Of a stretch of DNA of 64,000 nt, positions 49,649 through 59,791 are shown one piece after another. Numbering within the stretch: the stretch's first letter is position 1; every line of letters starts with the position of its first letter. A model generated the notes under the pieces. The model searched no databases, was not told the DNA's origin, and saw only the letters and a list, made by a program, of their open reading frames with translations. The position numbers and the translations under genes were made by a program. This DNA is from an uncultured Gammaproteobacteria bacterium (GTDB lineage Bacteria; Patescibacteriota; Microgenomatia; UBA8517): positions 453,790 to 517,789 of the forward strand of contig CAYRUS010000001.1 in NCBI GenBank assembly GCA_964427735.1. Reading direction: 5' to 3'.

Positions 49649-51572
49649 CATAAATTTTAACTTCTTCATTAGTATACACATTTCTCATATATGGTGAGTT
49701 ATCAAAATTAGCCTCTGCTTCCGGATATTCTCTCTTTTCAGCATTTCCATAATAAATATAATCAAATGAATATTTTGATTTTAATAGATCAAGATAAGCT
49801 TTATTATCTGGATTCGAATAGAACTTTTCGATTTCTTCAGATCTGACAAACACGTTATCTTCACCAGAGTTATATCCGTGGCTATGTGGCCAATTTATAT
49901 AAGAAAGAATTCTTAAACGTCCTGCAACTTGTGTGATTGGAGAATGAACAGTCGGTAATCCAACATAAACTGATTTTTGCGGTGTTTGCTGCCTCATCCA
50001 AATTCCTGCTTCATATTCTGGCAAAGTGTACGCCTGATTTTTATTTATAACACTCCAAAGCACAACCAAGAATGAACTCGAAATAGTAGTTAAAATCACC
50101 ACTATAGAAACAGCTTGTCCAAGAATCCTTTTTTGCTTAACTAAATCTGATAATACCCACCCTGTAATAACTGCAACCGGAATTATCATAAAGTAAAAAA
50201 ACTTAAACATATCTTTTTCATAGATAGTAAAAGTCACACTGTAAGGGATTATAAACAAGATTAAACCGAAGAAAAATAAATACCAAAAGTGTTTATTTTT
50301 AAAATCTTTTGCTAAAACTACCTTGACAGGTGCAATTAAAAATATCACAAAAGGTAAGCCAAAATTATTTAATATAAAACTAAGATGCCAATGGAAGCTT
50401 CTATCACTATTCCAATTTCCAAAACGAAAAGTTTCTTCCACCAAGTTAATCAATGAATTCCCATTAGTTTTAGTACCTAAAAACATTGGAGAAATAATTA
50501 AAATAGGAAGTATAAAAACAATAAGTAGTTCTATATTCTTTCTCAAACCTTTTATCGAAAAAAACAACAAATTAACCAAGCCAAACAATATAAAGCCAAC
50601 AATAAATGCAAAAAACTGGAATTTACTTACTAAGGCTGTTACAACTCCTGCAAGTAAAACTCTCTTATAATCCTTTTTTTCATACCCCGTGGACAAAACA
50701 TACGCAATAATTGCAACTGAAGGTAAACCAACCATCATGGGCCGGTTTTGTAAAAAATAATCAACCATTGGAGCCATCTGATACAAACCATTTGACTCTA
50801 TGCTGTAACCTCTATAAAGCAAGTCAATTATTGCAATAAAAATCGGTCTCTGACCAAGCTGAGCATTAACATCGGTTATAAATTTTATATAAATCCAATT
50901 GCTAAAAAATGCACCGATAACCGAAGAAATGATTGCTGCAACTTTATCTTTAAAAAGCAAATACGAAAAAGAATATATGCTAAAAGCAAAAGTAAAAATA
51001 AAAATAGGATTTGTATAAACTAAAACACGAGGAAAAAATTCAGACTTTAAAACATTAATTATTGCAGAGTGAAAATCTGAAAAATAATAATAAGTCATGA
51101 GCTTACCTGCATAGTATGGAGCTTGAGGAGGGAAATTACCTTCGGCAATACTTTCTATAATCCCAATGTGCATTGCTGTATCTTGCCAGTTAACAGCAGA
51201 TAAAACCACATAGTTATTATAAACAGTAAAAATTGCTGGATACAAAGCAAAAAACACTATGCCTAAACTTAAAATGGACACCACCCAAATAAATGTATGC
51301 TCTTTAAAAAAAGTAAGTTTAGGCTTTTTTATGTCAATTAAAAAAACCAGTGGTAAAAATATGGACATAGCAAATAAAACATAAAACCTGTTTAGTTTAA
51401 AAAGGGAAGCTACAAAATAGACTACATATGTTGAAAATAATACACTTAAAATAATGTATAAAGGAATTTTCTCAAGTGGCTCAAGTTTTTTGAAAAAAGC
51501 CTCTATAATAAGAACACCAGGTATAAAAAAAATAAACAAAAAACCTACAACAGCTAATAAATGATTAACCAT
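49638..51572 (-). CDS. Polytopic GT-C-like membrane protein
   Basis: DTAMH...FPPQAPYYAG...YYYFSD; many TMs; C-terminal soluble domain (AGIWMRQQTP...YIYYG..E). Confidence 0.75.
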   Translation of the reverse strand: MVNHLLAVVGFLFIFFIPGVLIIEAFFKKLEPLEKIPLYIILSVLFSTYVVYFVASLFKLNRFYVLFAMSIFLPLVFLIDIKKPKLTFFKEHTFIWVVSILSLGIVFFALYPAIFTVYNNYVVLSAVNWQDTAMHIGIIESIAEGNFPPQAPYYAGKLMTYYYFSDFHSAIINVLKSEFFPRVLVYTNPIFIFTFAFSIYSFSYLLFKDKVAAIISSVIGAFFSNWIYIKFITDVNAQLGQRPIFIAIIDLLYRGYSIESNGLYQMAPMVDYFLQNRPMMVGLPSVAIIAYVLSTGYEKKDYKRVLLAGVVTALVSKFQFFAFIVGFILFGLVNLLFFSIKGLRKNIELLIVFILPILIISPMFLGTKTNGNSLINLVEETFRFGNWNSDRSFHWHLSFILNNFGLPFVIFLIAPVKVVLAKDFKNKHFWYLFFFGLILFIIPYSVTFTIYEKDMFKFFYFMIIPVAVITGWVLSDLVKQKRILGQAVSIVVILTTISSSFLVVLWSVINKNQAYTLPEYEAGIWMRQQTPQKSVYVGLPTVHSPITQVAGRLRILSYINWPHSHGYNSGEDNVFVRSEEIEKFYSNPDNKAYLDLLKSKYSFDYIYYGNAEKREYPEAEANFDNSPYMRNVYTNEEVKIYEVF

Positions 51573-52730
51573 ATTAAAAAGTTTATATCAAAAGAAAAAT
51601 TACTGTTAATTTTATTATTTTCAATTTCTCTTTTTATATACTACTTAACTTCAGCAGGAAATACTCCCTATGACTACTTTACCAGATTAGCATCTGCTTT
51701 TTTACAAGGAATGTATTGGATTGAAAACCCACCCCAATGGCTAAACGAGGTTATTCCTTATCATGGAAAATATTATGTTGTTTACCCTCCTATGCCTGCC
51801 ATTGTTCTTATTCCATTTGTATATTTATTTGGAGAAAGTTTTCCTCAACAACTATTAGCACACTTAATGGGTGCCGGGATTGTTGTATTTTCTTATAATG
51901 CGGTACTTTCTTTGACTAAAGTAAAAAAGATCGCACTCTGGTCAGCATTACTTATTGGCTTGGGTAGTATTGTCTGGTATTTATCAGCTACGGGATCTGT
52001 TTGGTATCTTGGTCAAGTTTCCGCTGCATTCTTTATGACTGCAGCTTTGTATTTTGTTTTAGAAAAAAAATTTTTTTTGAGCGGCTTGTTTCTCGGAGCA
52101 TCCTATCTTTCAAGAGTACACACTATCGCTGCTATTCCTGTTTTTTTGTATTTGTCTTATAAACACAAAAAAAAATCAATTCTTTCATTTGTAACAGGTG
52201 TACTGCCGTTTTTGATTTTCAATGCTTTATATAATTATGTGAGATTTGGAGTTCCTTGGGATATTGGCTATAAGCTCATTCCCGGAGTATTAGAAGAACC
52301 ATGGTATCAAAAAGGTCTGGTGCATCCTAGCTATATATTGTCTCATTTAAAAATAATGTTTTTAGCCTTACCTAAATTACTAAATGAATTTCCATATATC
52401 CAACCATCTTGGGCAGGATTAGCAATCTGGATAACTACTCCAGCTTTTGTATTTTGTTTGTTTGCTCCATTAAAACAAAATATTACAAAATTTTTATGGT
52501 TGTCTTTATTATTGGTTTCAATACCTGTTTTAATGCACGGTGGAACAGGCTTTACGCAGTTTGGATATAGGTATGCTGTTGATTTTTATCCACTTCTTTT
52601 ACTTTTAACTGCTTTAGGTGTCAAAAAAACAGGCCTAAAAAAATACCACTGGGTTTTATTAATTATTGGAGTAATCGTTAATCTGTGGGGAGTACTATGG
52701 ATTAATAAATTTGGTTGGATAAGTTATTAA
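51561..52730 (+). CDS. GT-C-like membrane glycosyltransferase
   Basis: YYVVYPPMPAI, YNYVRFG, QFGYRYAVDF; multiple TMs. Confidence 0.75.
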   Translation: MINHIKKFISKEKLLLILLFSISLFIYYLTSAGNTPYDYFTRLASAFLQGMYWIENPPQWLNEVIPYHGKYYVVYPPMPAIVLIPFVYLFGESFPQQLLAHLMGAGIVVFSYNAVLSLTKVKKIALWSALLIGLGSIVWYLSATGSVWYLGQVSAAFFMTAALYFVLEKKFFLSGLFLGASYLSRVHTIAAIPVFLYLSYKHKKKSILSFVTGVLPFLIFNALYNYVRFGVPWDIGYKLIPGVLEEPWYQKGLVHPSYILSHLKIMFLALPKLLNEFPYIQPSWAGLAIWITTPAFVFCLFAPLKQNITKFLWLSLLLVSIPVLMHGGTGFTQFGYRYAVDFYPLLLLLTALGVKKTGLKKYHWVLLIIGVIVNLWGVLWINKFGWISY

Positions 52731-52788
52731 AAAACTTAATTTATTCAAAAATATATATTTAATCTTTCTTTTGCAAATCTGCTATCAA

Positions 52789-53874
52789 TTAATTATTAAG
52801 TAAATTAGACACCCAATCATGAATCTCGCTCCAGTCACCAGATCTAGGAACAAATACATACAAATTATCATAATCTTCACTTGGCTCTGGATTTTCTAAA
52901 AGCGTCTCATCTATCACTTCTGAATGAATATTTTCTTTTGCTACATATGCAAATCTAGCCACTGCTGCAGCCTCTTCTTGAGAGAAATCTGTTTCTACAT
53001 TGTTCTCTGCAATACCAATAAGCTCTTTTATCTTTACTGGAGAAGCAACAACCTCTGCACTAATCAATTTATCCCTCAGTGCCATGATTACTTTTTGTTG
53101 CCTGCGACTTCTAGCTGTGTCTGTACCTTCTTCACCTTCAGCATGCCTGGATCTTACAAATTTAAGAGATGTTTCTCCATCCATATGCGTCAATCCTGGT
53201 TCAAAAGTTATTGTTTCATATCGACATCTTAATTGAATATCTCCTTCACAATTATCATTTTCTCTGCCCGGAATAGGGTACATATGATCGGTAAAACCAT
53301 TGTCAATAACTACATCAATACCTCCAACAACATCAATTGCACCTTTAAAAGCCTCAAAATCAACTACAACACCATAATGAACCGGCAGACCTACGATTTC
53401 TTCAACTGTTGCTTTAGCAAGCAATAGACCTCCATTTTCTTGCTTTTGATTTCCCCAATAATAAATACTGTTGAGTTTTGCTCTAAGTTCAGAAATCCAA
53501 ATATCACGAGGGAGAGAAATAATAACAATATCTCCACCATCATCTGGTACAGATACAAACATTATTGTATCTGTCAGGTCAGGTGCTTCGTGTCCCGTGC
53601 CTCCTTTCCCTAAAACTAAAATATTGGTCCTGCCTTCAAATGATTTGACTTCACCACTTCTTGCAAATACAAACTCATACAAAGCGTTTGTATATTTTGT
53701 TACTCCTGCTTCCTTTAGATAATTTTTAGCCAAAAAGGCAGTAATCAATATAAATAACACTAGACCTCCTGCAACAAAAAGCCGTATAGCCTTGTTGTGA
53801 ACTAAAATCCTTCGTTTTAGTTTTGATAATTTGATATAAAGTTTTCCTTTTTTGGTATTTGTTTTGTTGTCCAT
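52789..53874 (-). CDS. LytR-CpsA-Psr (LCP) family protein
   Basis: NILVLG, LTDTIM, ISLPRD, KLNSIY, FVRSRH, DTARSRRQQ. Confidence 0.94.
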   Translation of the reverse strand: MDNKTNTKKGKLYIKLSKLKRRILVHNKAIRLFVAGGLVLFILITAFLAKNYLKEAGVTKYTNALYEFVFARSGEVKSFEGRTNILVLGKGGTGHEAPDLTDTIMFVSVPDDGGDIVIISLPRDIWISELRAKLNSIYYWGNQKQENGGLLLAKATVEEIVGLPVHYGVVVDFEAFKGAIDVVGGIDVVIDNGFTDHMYPIPGRENDNCEGDIQLRCRYETITFEPGLTHMDGETSLKFVRSRHAEGEEGTDTARSRRQQKVIMALRDKLISAEVVASPVKIKELIGIAENNVETDFSQEEAAAVARFAYVAKENIHSEVIDETLLENPEPSEDYDNLYVFVPRSGDWSEIHDWVSNLLNN

Positions 53875-53916
53875 GATAGAATGAAGCCTAAACCCGCTAT
53901 TAATTGTACTATATAC

Positions 53917-55767
53917 ATGACTGACAACCTACTAGACAAATTAAATAAAGAACAGCTTAAAGCCGTTACCTATGAAAACGGCCCATTACTTGTTTTAGCT
54001 GGTGCAGGCAGCGGCAAAACAAGGGTCCTCACTTATAGAGTAGCCTGGTTTATTAATGAGAAAAAATATAAACCAGAAAATCTTTTGTTACTAACTTTCA
54101 CAAATAAAGCTGCTTTTGAAATGAAAGAAAGAGTAACCACCTTAACCAAGTATACACCTGCCTTTGCAGGCACATTCCATTCTTTTTGTGTAAAGGTTCT
54201 TCGTATTAGTGGAGAAAGTATAAGTGTTCCAAAAAATTTTGTAATCTTTGATACAACTGATGCAAAAGACGCAATAAAAGATATTATTGAAAGACTTGAT
54301 TTACCAGAAGAAAACTACAAACCATCCAGTATTGCATATGCAATATCGGATGCAAAAAACCAAATGATCTCTCCTATCCAATATGCTGAAATCGTACAAA
54401 CTGAATTCCAGGAAGTTGTCTTTAAGGTATACGCGGAATACGACAAGCTCCTTAAGGAAATAGGCGCACTTGATTTTGATGATTTGTTGCTAAAAACCGT
54501 TAAGTTACTAAAAGAAAATCCGCATGTCAGAAAGGAGTGGCAGGAAAGACTAGCTTACACTTTGGTTGATGAGTGGCAGGACACAAACAAAGTACAATAT
54601 GAATTAACTAAACTAATAGTTGGGGGATCAGGAAATATCACAGTAGTTGGTGATGCATCACAAAGTATTTACTCTTGGAGAGGCGCAGATTACAGAAATA
54701 TAAACTACTTAAAACGTGACTATCCAGACATTGAAGTGATCAATTTGGAACAAAATTATCGTTCAACAGCAACTATTTTAGAAGCAGCCAATAACGTAAT
54801 ATCAAAAAACTCATCTCACACGGTTTTGACTTTATGGACAGAAAACAACGATGGCGAAAAAATTAAAACATACAGAGCTAAAAGCGGATTGGATGAAGCT
54901 TCTTTTGTAGCCCACGAAATCCAAAATCTTTTATTAGAAGGTTATAAATACAAAGATATATCAGTTCTTTACCGAACAAACGCACAATCTCGTGTAATTG
55001 AGGAGGCATTGCTTCATTCTGGTATACCTTATACTTTGTATGGAGGTGTTAAGTTTTATTCTAGAAAAGAGATTAAAGACATTGTTTCTTACCTTAGGCT
55101 TTTAGTAAATCCAAAAGACAGTATTTCAGAAAAGAGAGCCACAAAACTTGGCAAACGCAGGTTTGAAAAATTTGAGGAATTTAGATCCTCAATAGAAGAC
55201 TTAGATAAACACACAACTCTTGAACTGCTGGATTCTGTAATTAAAGCTACTTATTATCTTGATAAGTATAAAAGGGAAACTGAAGAAAACTTACAAAGAC
55301 TAGAAAATATAAAAGAGCTTCGTTCTGTTGCTACAAAATTCTCCAATATTTTTGAATTTTTAGAAAATGTTACTTTAGTTGAAGCAGAACAAGAGAGCAC
55401 AGGAGAGATAAGAGTAATATATAATATTAATGAAGGTACGGTGTCTTTGATGACCTTACATGCCGCAAAAGGACTAGAATTCCCTGTTGTTTTTGTTATA
55501 GGGATGGAAGAAGGACTTTTCCCACATTCTAGAAGTCTTTTTGATATTCAGCAATTAGAAGAGGAGAGAAGACTTGCTTATGTGGGTATAACTAGAGCAA
55601 TGAAAAAACTTTATTTAACATTTGCAGATAGAAGGCTATATTTTGGTCAACGCACAAGCAATCCTCCTTCAAGATTTATTGTCGACATCCCGGAACACTT
55701 GATTGATAATATTAATGGAGGATATGACAACTTCAACAGTTATGAAGATGATTATTATGACTATTAA
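53917..55767 (+). CDS. pcrA: ATP-dependent DNA helicase PcrA/UvrD
   Basis: AGAGSGKT, TFTNKAA, VDEWQD, GDASQSIYSWRGA, NYRS, TLHAAKGLEF, YVGITRA. Confidence 0.96.
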   Translation: MTDNLLDKLNKEQLKAVTYENGPLLVLAGAGSGKTRVLTYRVAWFINEKKYKPENLLLLTFTNKAAFEMKERVTTLTKYTPAFAGTFHSFCVKVLRISGESISVPKNFVIFDTTDAKDAIKDIIERLDLPEENYKPSSIAYAISDAKNQMISPIQYAEIVQTEFQEVVFKVYAEYDKLLKEIGALDFDDLLLKTVKLLKENPHVRKEWQERLAYTLVDEWQDTNKVQYELTKLIVGGSGNITVVGDASQSIYSWRGADYRNINYLKRDYPDIEVINLEQNYRSTATILEAANNVISKNSSHTVLTLWTENNDGEKIKTYRAKSGLDEASFVAHEIQNLLLEGYKYKDISVLYRTNAQSRVIEEALLHSGIPYTLYGGVKFYSRKEIKDIVSYLRLLVNPKDSISEKRATKLGKRRFEKFEEFRSSIEDLDKHTTLELLDSVIKATYYLDKYKRETEENLQRLENIKELRSVATKFSNIFEFLENVTLVEAEQESTGEIRVIYNINEGTVSLMTLHAAKGLEFPVVFVIGMEEGLFPHSRSLFDIQQLEEERRLAYVGITRAMKKLYLTFADRRLYFGQRTSNPPSRFIVDIPEHLIDNINGGYDNFNSYEDDYYDY

Positions 55768-55788
55768 ATAAAGATCGCCTTTACTTTA

Positions 55789-56601
55789 ATGATTACAACC
55801 CCATCTGATAAAAAACTCGCAAAACTGCTTCTAACACATAAACAAATGGCTCAGGTCTATAGAAATGGAACAGAGGAAGATTTCAGTCCCTACTTCTTCA
55901 AAATATCCAGCGATAATCAATATCTTTATTTTGTAGGTGCTAGACATACAAACGATCCATCTGATTATCAAATTCCAAAAATACTAAATCTATGGAAAGA
56001 GTTTCTAAACAAAACCACTAAACAAAATAGTATCGTTTTGGTAGAAGGAGGAGGTGCCCCGGTAGAAATGTCAGTGGAAGATGCTATTAAAAAATACAAT
56101 GGCAGCGGTCTACCTGTCTATTTAGCAAATCTAGAAAAGATTAAATATTACTCGCCAGAACCAGACGAAAAAATGGAAATCCAATATCTTCTCAATTTTT
56201 TTACGAGAGAAGAAATTCTTAATAGCAGATTTGCATCTTTAATCTACCAATGGCATCGGTTTTTAGAAAAACCTGACTTCGAAAAATACATGTATAAATA
56301 TTTGAATCGATATCAGAAAATGGCATTATGGAACGACATAGAGTTTACTATTAACTACGTCAAAGAGGTGCATAACCATATGCATAATCATCCGTTTGAT
56401 CTAGAAAATATAGAATGTTTTATAAAAGATTCAAATCCCTCAGAAAATCAAGTGTCAAGTTTATCGAATATATTCCGTGACATTTATATTGTCAAAGAAA
56501 TAATAAGACAATGGAATGAAGGTAAAAGTATTTTTATAGTTTACGGATCGGGACATGCAATTGTCCAAGAGCCAGCTTTAAAAAAACTACTGAAAATTTA
56601 A
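55789..56601 (+). CDS. Hypothetical protein, possible TraB/TIKI/EreA-like metallohydrolase fold
   Basis: FVGARH, VLVEGG, RD, IVYGSGH pattern. Confidence 0.6.
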   Translation: MITTPSDKKLAKLLLTHKQMAQVYRNGTEEDFSPYFFKISSDNQYLYFVGARHTNDPSDYQIPKILNLWKEFLNKTTKQNSIVLVEGGGAPVEMSVEDAIKKYNGSGLPVYLANLEKIKYYSPEPDEKMEIQYLLNFFTREEILNSRFASLIYQWHRFLEKPDFEKYMYKYLNRYQKMALWNDIEFTINYVKEVHNHMHNHPFDLENIECFIKDSNPSENQVSSLSNIFRDIYIVKEIIRQWNEGKSIFIVYGSGHAIVQEPALKKLLKI

Positions 56602-56612
56602 GTTGAAACATG

Positions 56613-56653
56613 AAAGTGCAAAATAATTCAAATAAGTTTGAACTTTTTGTACT
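56613..56653. terminator. Hairpin between convergent genes
   Basis: AGTGCAAAA-TAA-TTCAAA-TAAG-TTTGAA-CT-TTTTGTACT. Confidence 0.4.
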
Positions 56654-56690
56654 GGAATATTTGAGACAATTGATTTTTTGTGGTCTTAGC

Positions 56691-57086
56691 TTATATTGAT
56701 AATGTATAACCTTCTAAGCTCTTCAAAATATTCATATCCGCCATACAAACCATCCAGGAATTGTAATTTCCATTATTAAATGCAAAATTAGCTAATCTGT
56801 TCAATTCTACAATTCTCTCTTTTATATATTCATTAGCTTCACGGCTGTCTCCGTGTTGAAGACCGATGATAGCCAACCTTAAATGCTTTACTCTCTCGAC
56901 TACAACTTGAACTTTTTCTTCAATTGTTAATAGTCCTGTCCCATTGTCTACCAGTGTGTCAACAATTGCATCTAGTTCTTGCGTATTGACTTGGGTAACA
57001 AGCTCATAAGATTGCCACTGATAATCAATATAGTCCTTTATGCGAGTAATATCTTCTGGAATAGTAGGCCTAATCTCCCTTTCCAC
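56691..57086 (-). CDS. Orphan hypothetical protein
   Basis: 131 aa; GTG start 6 nt after TATAAT; begins MEREIRP. Confidence 0.7.
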   Translation of the reverse strand: MEREIRPTIPEDITRIKDYIDYQWQSYELVTQVNTQELDAIVDTLVDNGTGLLTIEEKVQVVVERVKHLRLAIIGLQHGDSREANEYIKERIVELNRLANFAFNNGNYNSWMVCMADMNILKSLEGYTLSI

Positions 57087-57129
57087 ATCTATATTATATC
57101 CTACTCATATTTAATGCTAAAATTGCCTA

Positions 57130-58224
57130 ATGGATACCAATAGAATAAGTAGTTCTGAAAAAAACATCTTCAACAAATATGCAGTTCATCCACTTCAGTC
57201 TTGGGAGTGGGGCGAATTTCGCAAAAAATGGGGGAACGAGATTATTAGACTTGGAAATTACTCAGAAAAAAATCTTCAAGATTCTATTCAAGTAGTATTC
57301 AGTAAAATCCCTAGATCTAAATATAAGATTGGAACAGTTTTAAGAGGATCAAAACCTAACAAGAAAACATTACAAAAACTCAAAGAAATTGCTAAAGAGA
57401 AAAATGCTGTTTTTATTAAACTTGAGCCAAACGCACTCCTAAATATATCACCTGTAATCAAAAATACTGATTTTGATAAAACAAATGTGTTAAAAAAAGT
57501 CCCAAATAATCTAAAAGCTTCTAAAAAAGATTTACAAATTTTAGAAAAAGAAACAATACCAGGAAAAACACTTTTTACTCCTACTTCTTTCTGGATTGAC
57601 CTTAGCAAAGATGAAGATACCTTAATGAAAAACATGCACCCTAAAACCAGATACAACGTTCGTTATGCAGAAAAAAAAGGAGTTGTAATTATTGAAGATA
57701 ATTCAGACAAAGCTTTTGAAAAGTATATAAAATTAACCAGAGAAACAGTCGAAAGACAAGGTTTTTATGCTCATACTGAAAACTATCATAGGTTAATGTG
57801 GCAAACCCTCCATAAAGAGATGGTTGAAAGGAAAGATAAACCTATTGCACGATTACTTACTGCTCGATTCAGAAAAGAAATTCTAACTACCTGGATTGTG
57901 TTTGCCTGGAATGATTTTTTGTATTACCCATATGGAGCATCAAGTAATAGACGTAGAAACCTTCAACACAGCAGTGCAATGATGTGGGGTGCAATTTTAT
58001 ATGGCAAGAAATTGGGTTTAAAATGGTTTGATTTATGGGGGAGAGAAGAGGGACAAGGATTTACTCGATTTAAAGAAGGCTTTAACCCTTATGTTGTGGA
58101 GTTTATGAAAACTTGGGACTTGCCTACTACCAAACTTTATTGGCCATATCGCTTAGCAGAGGAGGGACGCTGGCTTTATTTACGAACAAAAGCAAAAACT
58201 GGTTTGATTAAGCACAGATTTTGA
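57130..58224 (+). CDS. FemABX family peptidoglycan interpeptide-bridge transferase
   Basis: HPLQSWEWGEFR, FIKLEP, KTRYNVRYAEKKGV, YPYGAS, FDLWG, GFTRFKEGF. Confidence 0.92.
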   Translation: MDTNRISSSEKNIFNKYAVHPLQSWEWGEFRKKWGNEIIRLGNYSEKNLQDSIQVVFSKIPRSKYKIGTVLRGSKPNKKTLQKLKEIAKEKNAVFIKLEPNALLNISPVIKNTDFDKTNVLKKVPNNLKASKKDLQILEKETIPGKTLFTPTSFWIDLSKDEDTLMKNMHPKTRYNVRYAEKKGVVIIEDNSDKAFEKYIKLTRETVERQGFYAHTENYHRLMWQTLHKEMVERKDKPIARLLTARFRKEILTTWIVFAWNDFLYYPYGASSNRRRNLQHSSAMMWGAILYGKKLGLKWFDLWGREEGQGFTRFKEGFNPYVVEFMKTWDLPTTKLYWPYRLAEEGRWLYLRTKAKTGLIKHRF

Positions 58225-58228
58225 AATT

Positions 58229-58948
58229 TTATATTTTGGAGTCAATCCATTTCATAAATTCTTTTATGTAATCCCTTTTAATTTTAACTTCTTTTTTAGT
58301 TCTTGCTGGATACATTCTGTAGACGTCATAATATGAAGTAAAATCAATAATAACCGGAAGCTTAGTTTTTTGCTCAATAATTACATTTCTGAAATTAAAC
58401 CCGTCATCAAGCTTTTTAATATCAAAATCAGGCAGCCATTCGAGTTCTTCTATCATAGAAAGTGAAGAGGCCAAGAAGTTGTATATGTTTTTTAAAACCT
58501 TATTATCTCTTAGCGAAGCCGCAATCTTGAAACTGTCATCACCTTCAACAAAAGTTTGATACATAAAATTAGTATTATCCTTCCTTTTAAATTCTGTTTT
58601 AGCAACAAAACTTTCAGGAAAGTAGTTTAAAAGTTTATTATAAGCAGTCTCAGTATTTTCAAGATACTTTAAATCGTTTACTTCAGGGAAAATTCCTGCA
58701 GCTATTTTTATAACTTTATCTTCTTTAAGAAATACAGACCATTCCCAACCCGCACCTATATTTTTATAATCTTTATATTTTCTCAAAGCATTACTCGATT
58801 CAGCTTTGTTATAAATAAAATTCCAAAGGCTTGTCTCAATTCTTTCTAATTCTTTTTCTGATTTATCTAAAAAATCTTTTAGTCTATAGTCATCCTTATC
58901 AGAAGTTCCCCAAGATTTTGGATAGTTACTGTCAGTAAAATTAATCAC
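58229..58948 (-). CDS. Atypical protein kinase-like protein
   Basis: IGAGWEWSVF (Gly loop), VIK, PD...RNVI, IIDF. Confidence 0.6.
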   Translation of the reverse strand: MINFTDSNYPKSWGTSDKDDYRLKDFLDKSEKELERIETSLWNFIYNKAESSNALRKYKDYKNIGAGWEWSVFLKEDKVIKIAAGIFPEVNDLKYLENTETAYNKLLNYFPESFVAKTEFKRKDNTNFMYQTFVEGDDSFKIAASLRDNKVLKNIYNFLASSLSMIEELEWLPDFDIKKLDDGFNFRNVIIEQKTKLPVIIDFTSYYDVYRMYPARTKKEVKIKRDYIKEFMKWIDSKI

Positions 58949-59049
58949 AATTTCTTATAAAAGATAACATATATAAACCAAAACACGAAAGTTTATAGCA
59001 AAAACAATAACTATACACATCAATTTTAGTTAATTGTTATAATAAGTTT

Positions 59050-59787
59050 ATGGGAAACCACTATAAGATAAGTGTGATGGAGACATATGATGCTTGGTAT
59101 GCAAACAACATACCCAAAATAAGAAACGGAGAATGGAATTTAGTAGATCAAGAGATTCTTCAAAATCCTGAAAACGATCGATTGCGTGGTTTAAATATTA
59201 TTGCATATGTACCAGAAATAATTAATCAAGCAATTAATTCCAAAATTATAGCTTCCTTAGGAGCGGTAATAGGAGACGTTAGATGGATAATTCCAGAACA
59301 GGGAAGACATTTTACAATTTTAGATATTATTCCACACAATAGTGGTATCTCGTTTAAGGAACAAAAAGAACAGTTACCTAATTATTTGAATGTTATAAAA
59401 AATGCAGTTGATGACTTTAGCGGGAAAGTTCAAATTACTCTGGAAGGAGTATTTGCCAGCCCAGATGGTGTAACTATTCAAGGATATCCTTCAAATGACG
59501 GTTTGCACAATTTAAGACAATTACTCAGAAACAATTTAAACAGCGCAAGACTCACGAACCTAGAACACAAAAAGTACGTAATAGAAACAGCTCATGTTGC
59601 ACTAGTTAAATTCATACAACCTGCGGATGGAGAGAAACTCCTGGCAACTGTAGACAAATTAAGACATATTGATATCGGAATTTTTGAAGTAAATGAAATA
59701 GTTTTAAACTTTAGTCCTCGTTACGACAAACATGAAACAATAGAGGTTGTAGAGCGTTTTGCAGTTAAACAATATTCTCCCCTATAG
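59050..59787 (+). CDS. 2H phosphoesterase superfamily protein
   Basis: Two Hx(T/A) motifs: RHFTIL and AHVALVKF. Confidence 0.75.
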   Translation: MGNHYKISVMETYDAWYANNIPKIRNGEWNLVDQEILQNPENDRLRGLNIIAYVPEIINQAINSKIIASLGAVIGDVRWIIPEQGRHFTILDIIPHNSGISFKEQKEQLPNYLNVIKNAVDDFSGKVQITLEGVFASPDGVTIQGYPSNDGLHNLRQLLRNNLNSARLTNLEHKKYVIETAHVALVKFIQPADGEKLLATVDKLRHIDIGIFEVNEIVLNFSPRYDKHETIEVVERFAVKQYSPL

Positions 59788-59791
59788 TAAT

